This document shows positions 62,726 to 64,000 of a DNA stretch of 64,000 nt, piece by piece. Each line of letters begins with the position of its first letter. The stretch's first letter is position 1. A model generated the notes under the pieces. The model searched no databases. It was not told where the DNA came from and saw only the letters and a program-made list of their open reading frames with translations. The translations under genes were made by a program, and so were the position numbers. The stretch is from Octopus sinensis (taxonomy: Eukaryota): NCBI RefSeq assembly GCF_006345805.1, contig NC_042999.1:132060001-132124000 (forward strand), written 5' to 3'.

Positions 62726-63807
62726 AATACATGTTGATGCTAATTTATTAAGCGTATCGTCCATTGTCAAATAGGAAAACTGTTCTAGATACTTTCCATT
62801 ATTGACAGCTAATTTTTTTTATTTGTTAAAAGATTAGAAAATAAAGTATTACACTAATGAGACAAGGTGTTCATTGGCGGACTTTCTTTCGGAGTAGCTA
62901 TCACTATCTCATTGAGAAAATTACCAGAAAAATTTACCGGAAAAGGGCATGGAATTGGATGGTAAAAGTGTTAAAAAAACCAAAAACAACCCCCCCCCCC
63001 CAAAAAAAAACAGAATGAAATAAAGACTCAATTCATGGCCCTTTTTCGGCACGAGATTCACTGATCAACTGTTACAGTCGTCTCACAAGTGTAATGGGGT
63101 GTTTGGGGCTTTTTCTTTTTACTAATCCGTTAGTAAATAGAAAATTGGCTGTCGATAATAAGAAAGTACCGTGTCATGTAATGATTTAGTTACATGTTAA
63201 AAATAAAGGGGTTTTTTTTTGACAGGTTATTGAATAACGCAAGATTTAACCAAATGAAACCAATAATTTTAAAGCTATTCTCCTGGTGCATTAGATCTGG
63301 TGTTAACATAGTCGTAGAGATGCATCAAATGGCAAATTGTTGATACACTAGCCTTAAGTTTGAAATATAAATCCACCACTACTAAACCGAACGGAAAAGG
63401 AGCTTGATGTGCTAGAAATAGTAACTAGATCTCCTTCATATGATACTTATTGACTTTGAAAAAAAAACGGGAAGATACATTAGAAAGCTCTTGACATAGA
63501 AAAAGACAGGATGGTCGTAGCTGAACGTCATTGATAACAGACTAGGTCTTTATCGTCGCTACGCTGCCGGTAAAAATATTTGCTAATCATGCATGTACCT
63601 TCATAAACAGTTCAAAGTGAAAGTCTGTATCGCGTTGTCTATAAATTAAAAGACAGAGAAACGCACACATACACATACACAAACAATAAAAAAGAATAAC
63701 TATGTATCTATATATATAGTTTTTTTTAAAGTGTGTTGTTTTGACAGACTTGCGCTTAAAATTCCCGCGTTTTAAATCAAAACTTGTTAGTTATTATGGT
63801 GGCAACA

Positions 63808-63854
<47 letters not shown>

Positions 63855-64000
63855 GCTAGCTAGCTAGCTACTGAGTGCGCACGTGTGATAGCTAGTTAGC
63901 TAGCTAGCTAACTAGCTATCACACGCGCGCACTCACTCTCTCACTGTTTCTCTCTCAACAACAAATTTTTCCCTCCCTTCTAAAAATACGCTGTGACATA

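Noticed and set aside
63740-64000. Promoter of a downstream gene (CpG-containing end of the window)
   Set aside because: There is no exon or diagnostic motif within the window, and the stretch is mostly (TATC)n/(TAGC)n repeats.

Overview
AT-rich, microsatellite- and transposon-dense animal DNA. The SINE and LINE families point to a coleoid cephalopod, probably Octopus (inferred). Bases 1 to about 36.8 kb hold the 3' part of WAPL (wings apart-like, cohesin release factor) on the + strand. Eight coding exons (306-382, 3703-3863, 5269-5384, 7347-7481, 20176-20413, 22384-22472, 29546-29638, 33108-33173) join through GT-AG introns with consistent phases, giving 324 C-terminal residues that end ...SIARVIETLEAC*. 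A probable long 3'UTR follows. No other host exon was recognised. The rest of the window contains three tRNA-head SINE families; RTE, CR1-group and L1/Tx1-like LINE remnants; Helitrons; Tc1/mariner, hAT, Merlin-like and TTAA-type MITEs; and Penelope-like remnants. The main unexplained signals are: (1) a cluster of minimal hammerhead-ribozyme motifs around a 303-bp near-perfect palindrome at 57.4-57.9 kb, including one canonical type I motif and a dispersed family with a CUGUNGA core variant; (2) a C4HC3 PHD finger inserted inside an RTE reverse transcriptase; (3) one SINE head carrying tails from two different LINEs, both of which are present in the window; (4) inverted SINE hairpins just upstream of WAPL exons; (5) a GC-rich structured element with co-linear 7SL-like words at 58.8-59.3 kb. 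All calls were made by eye, without database searches, and repeat boundaries are approximate.
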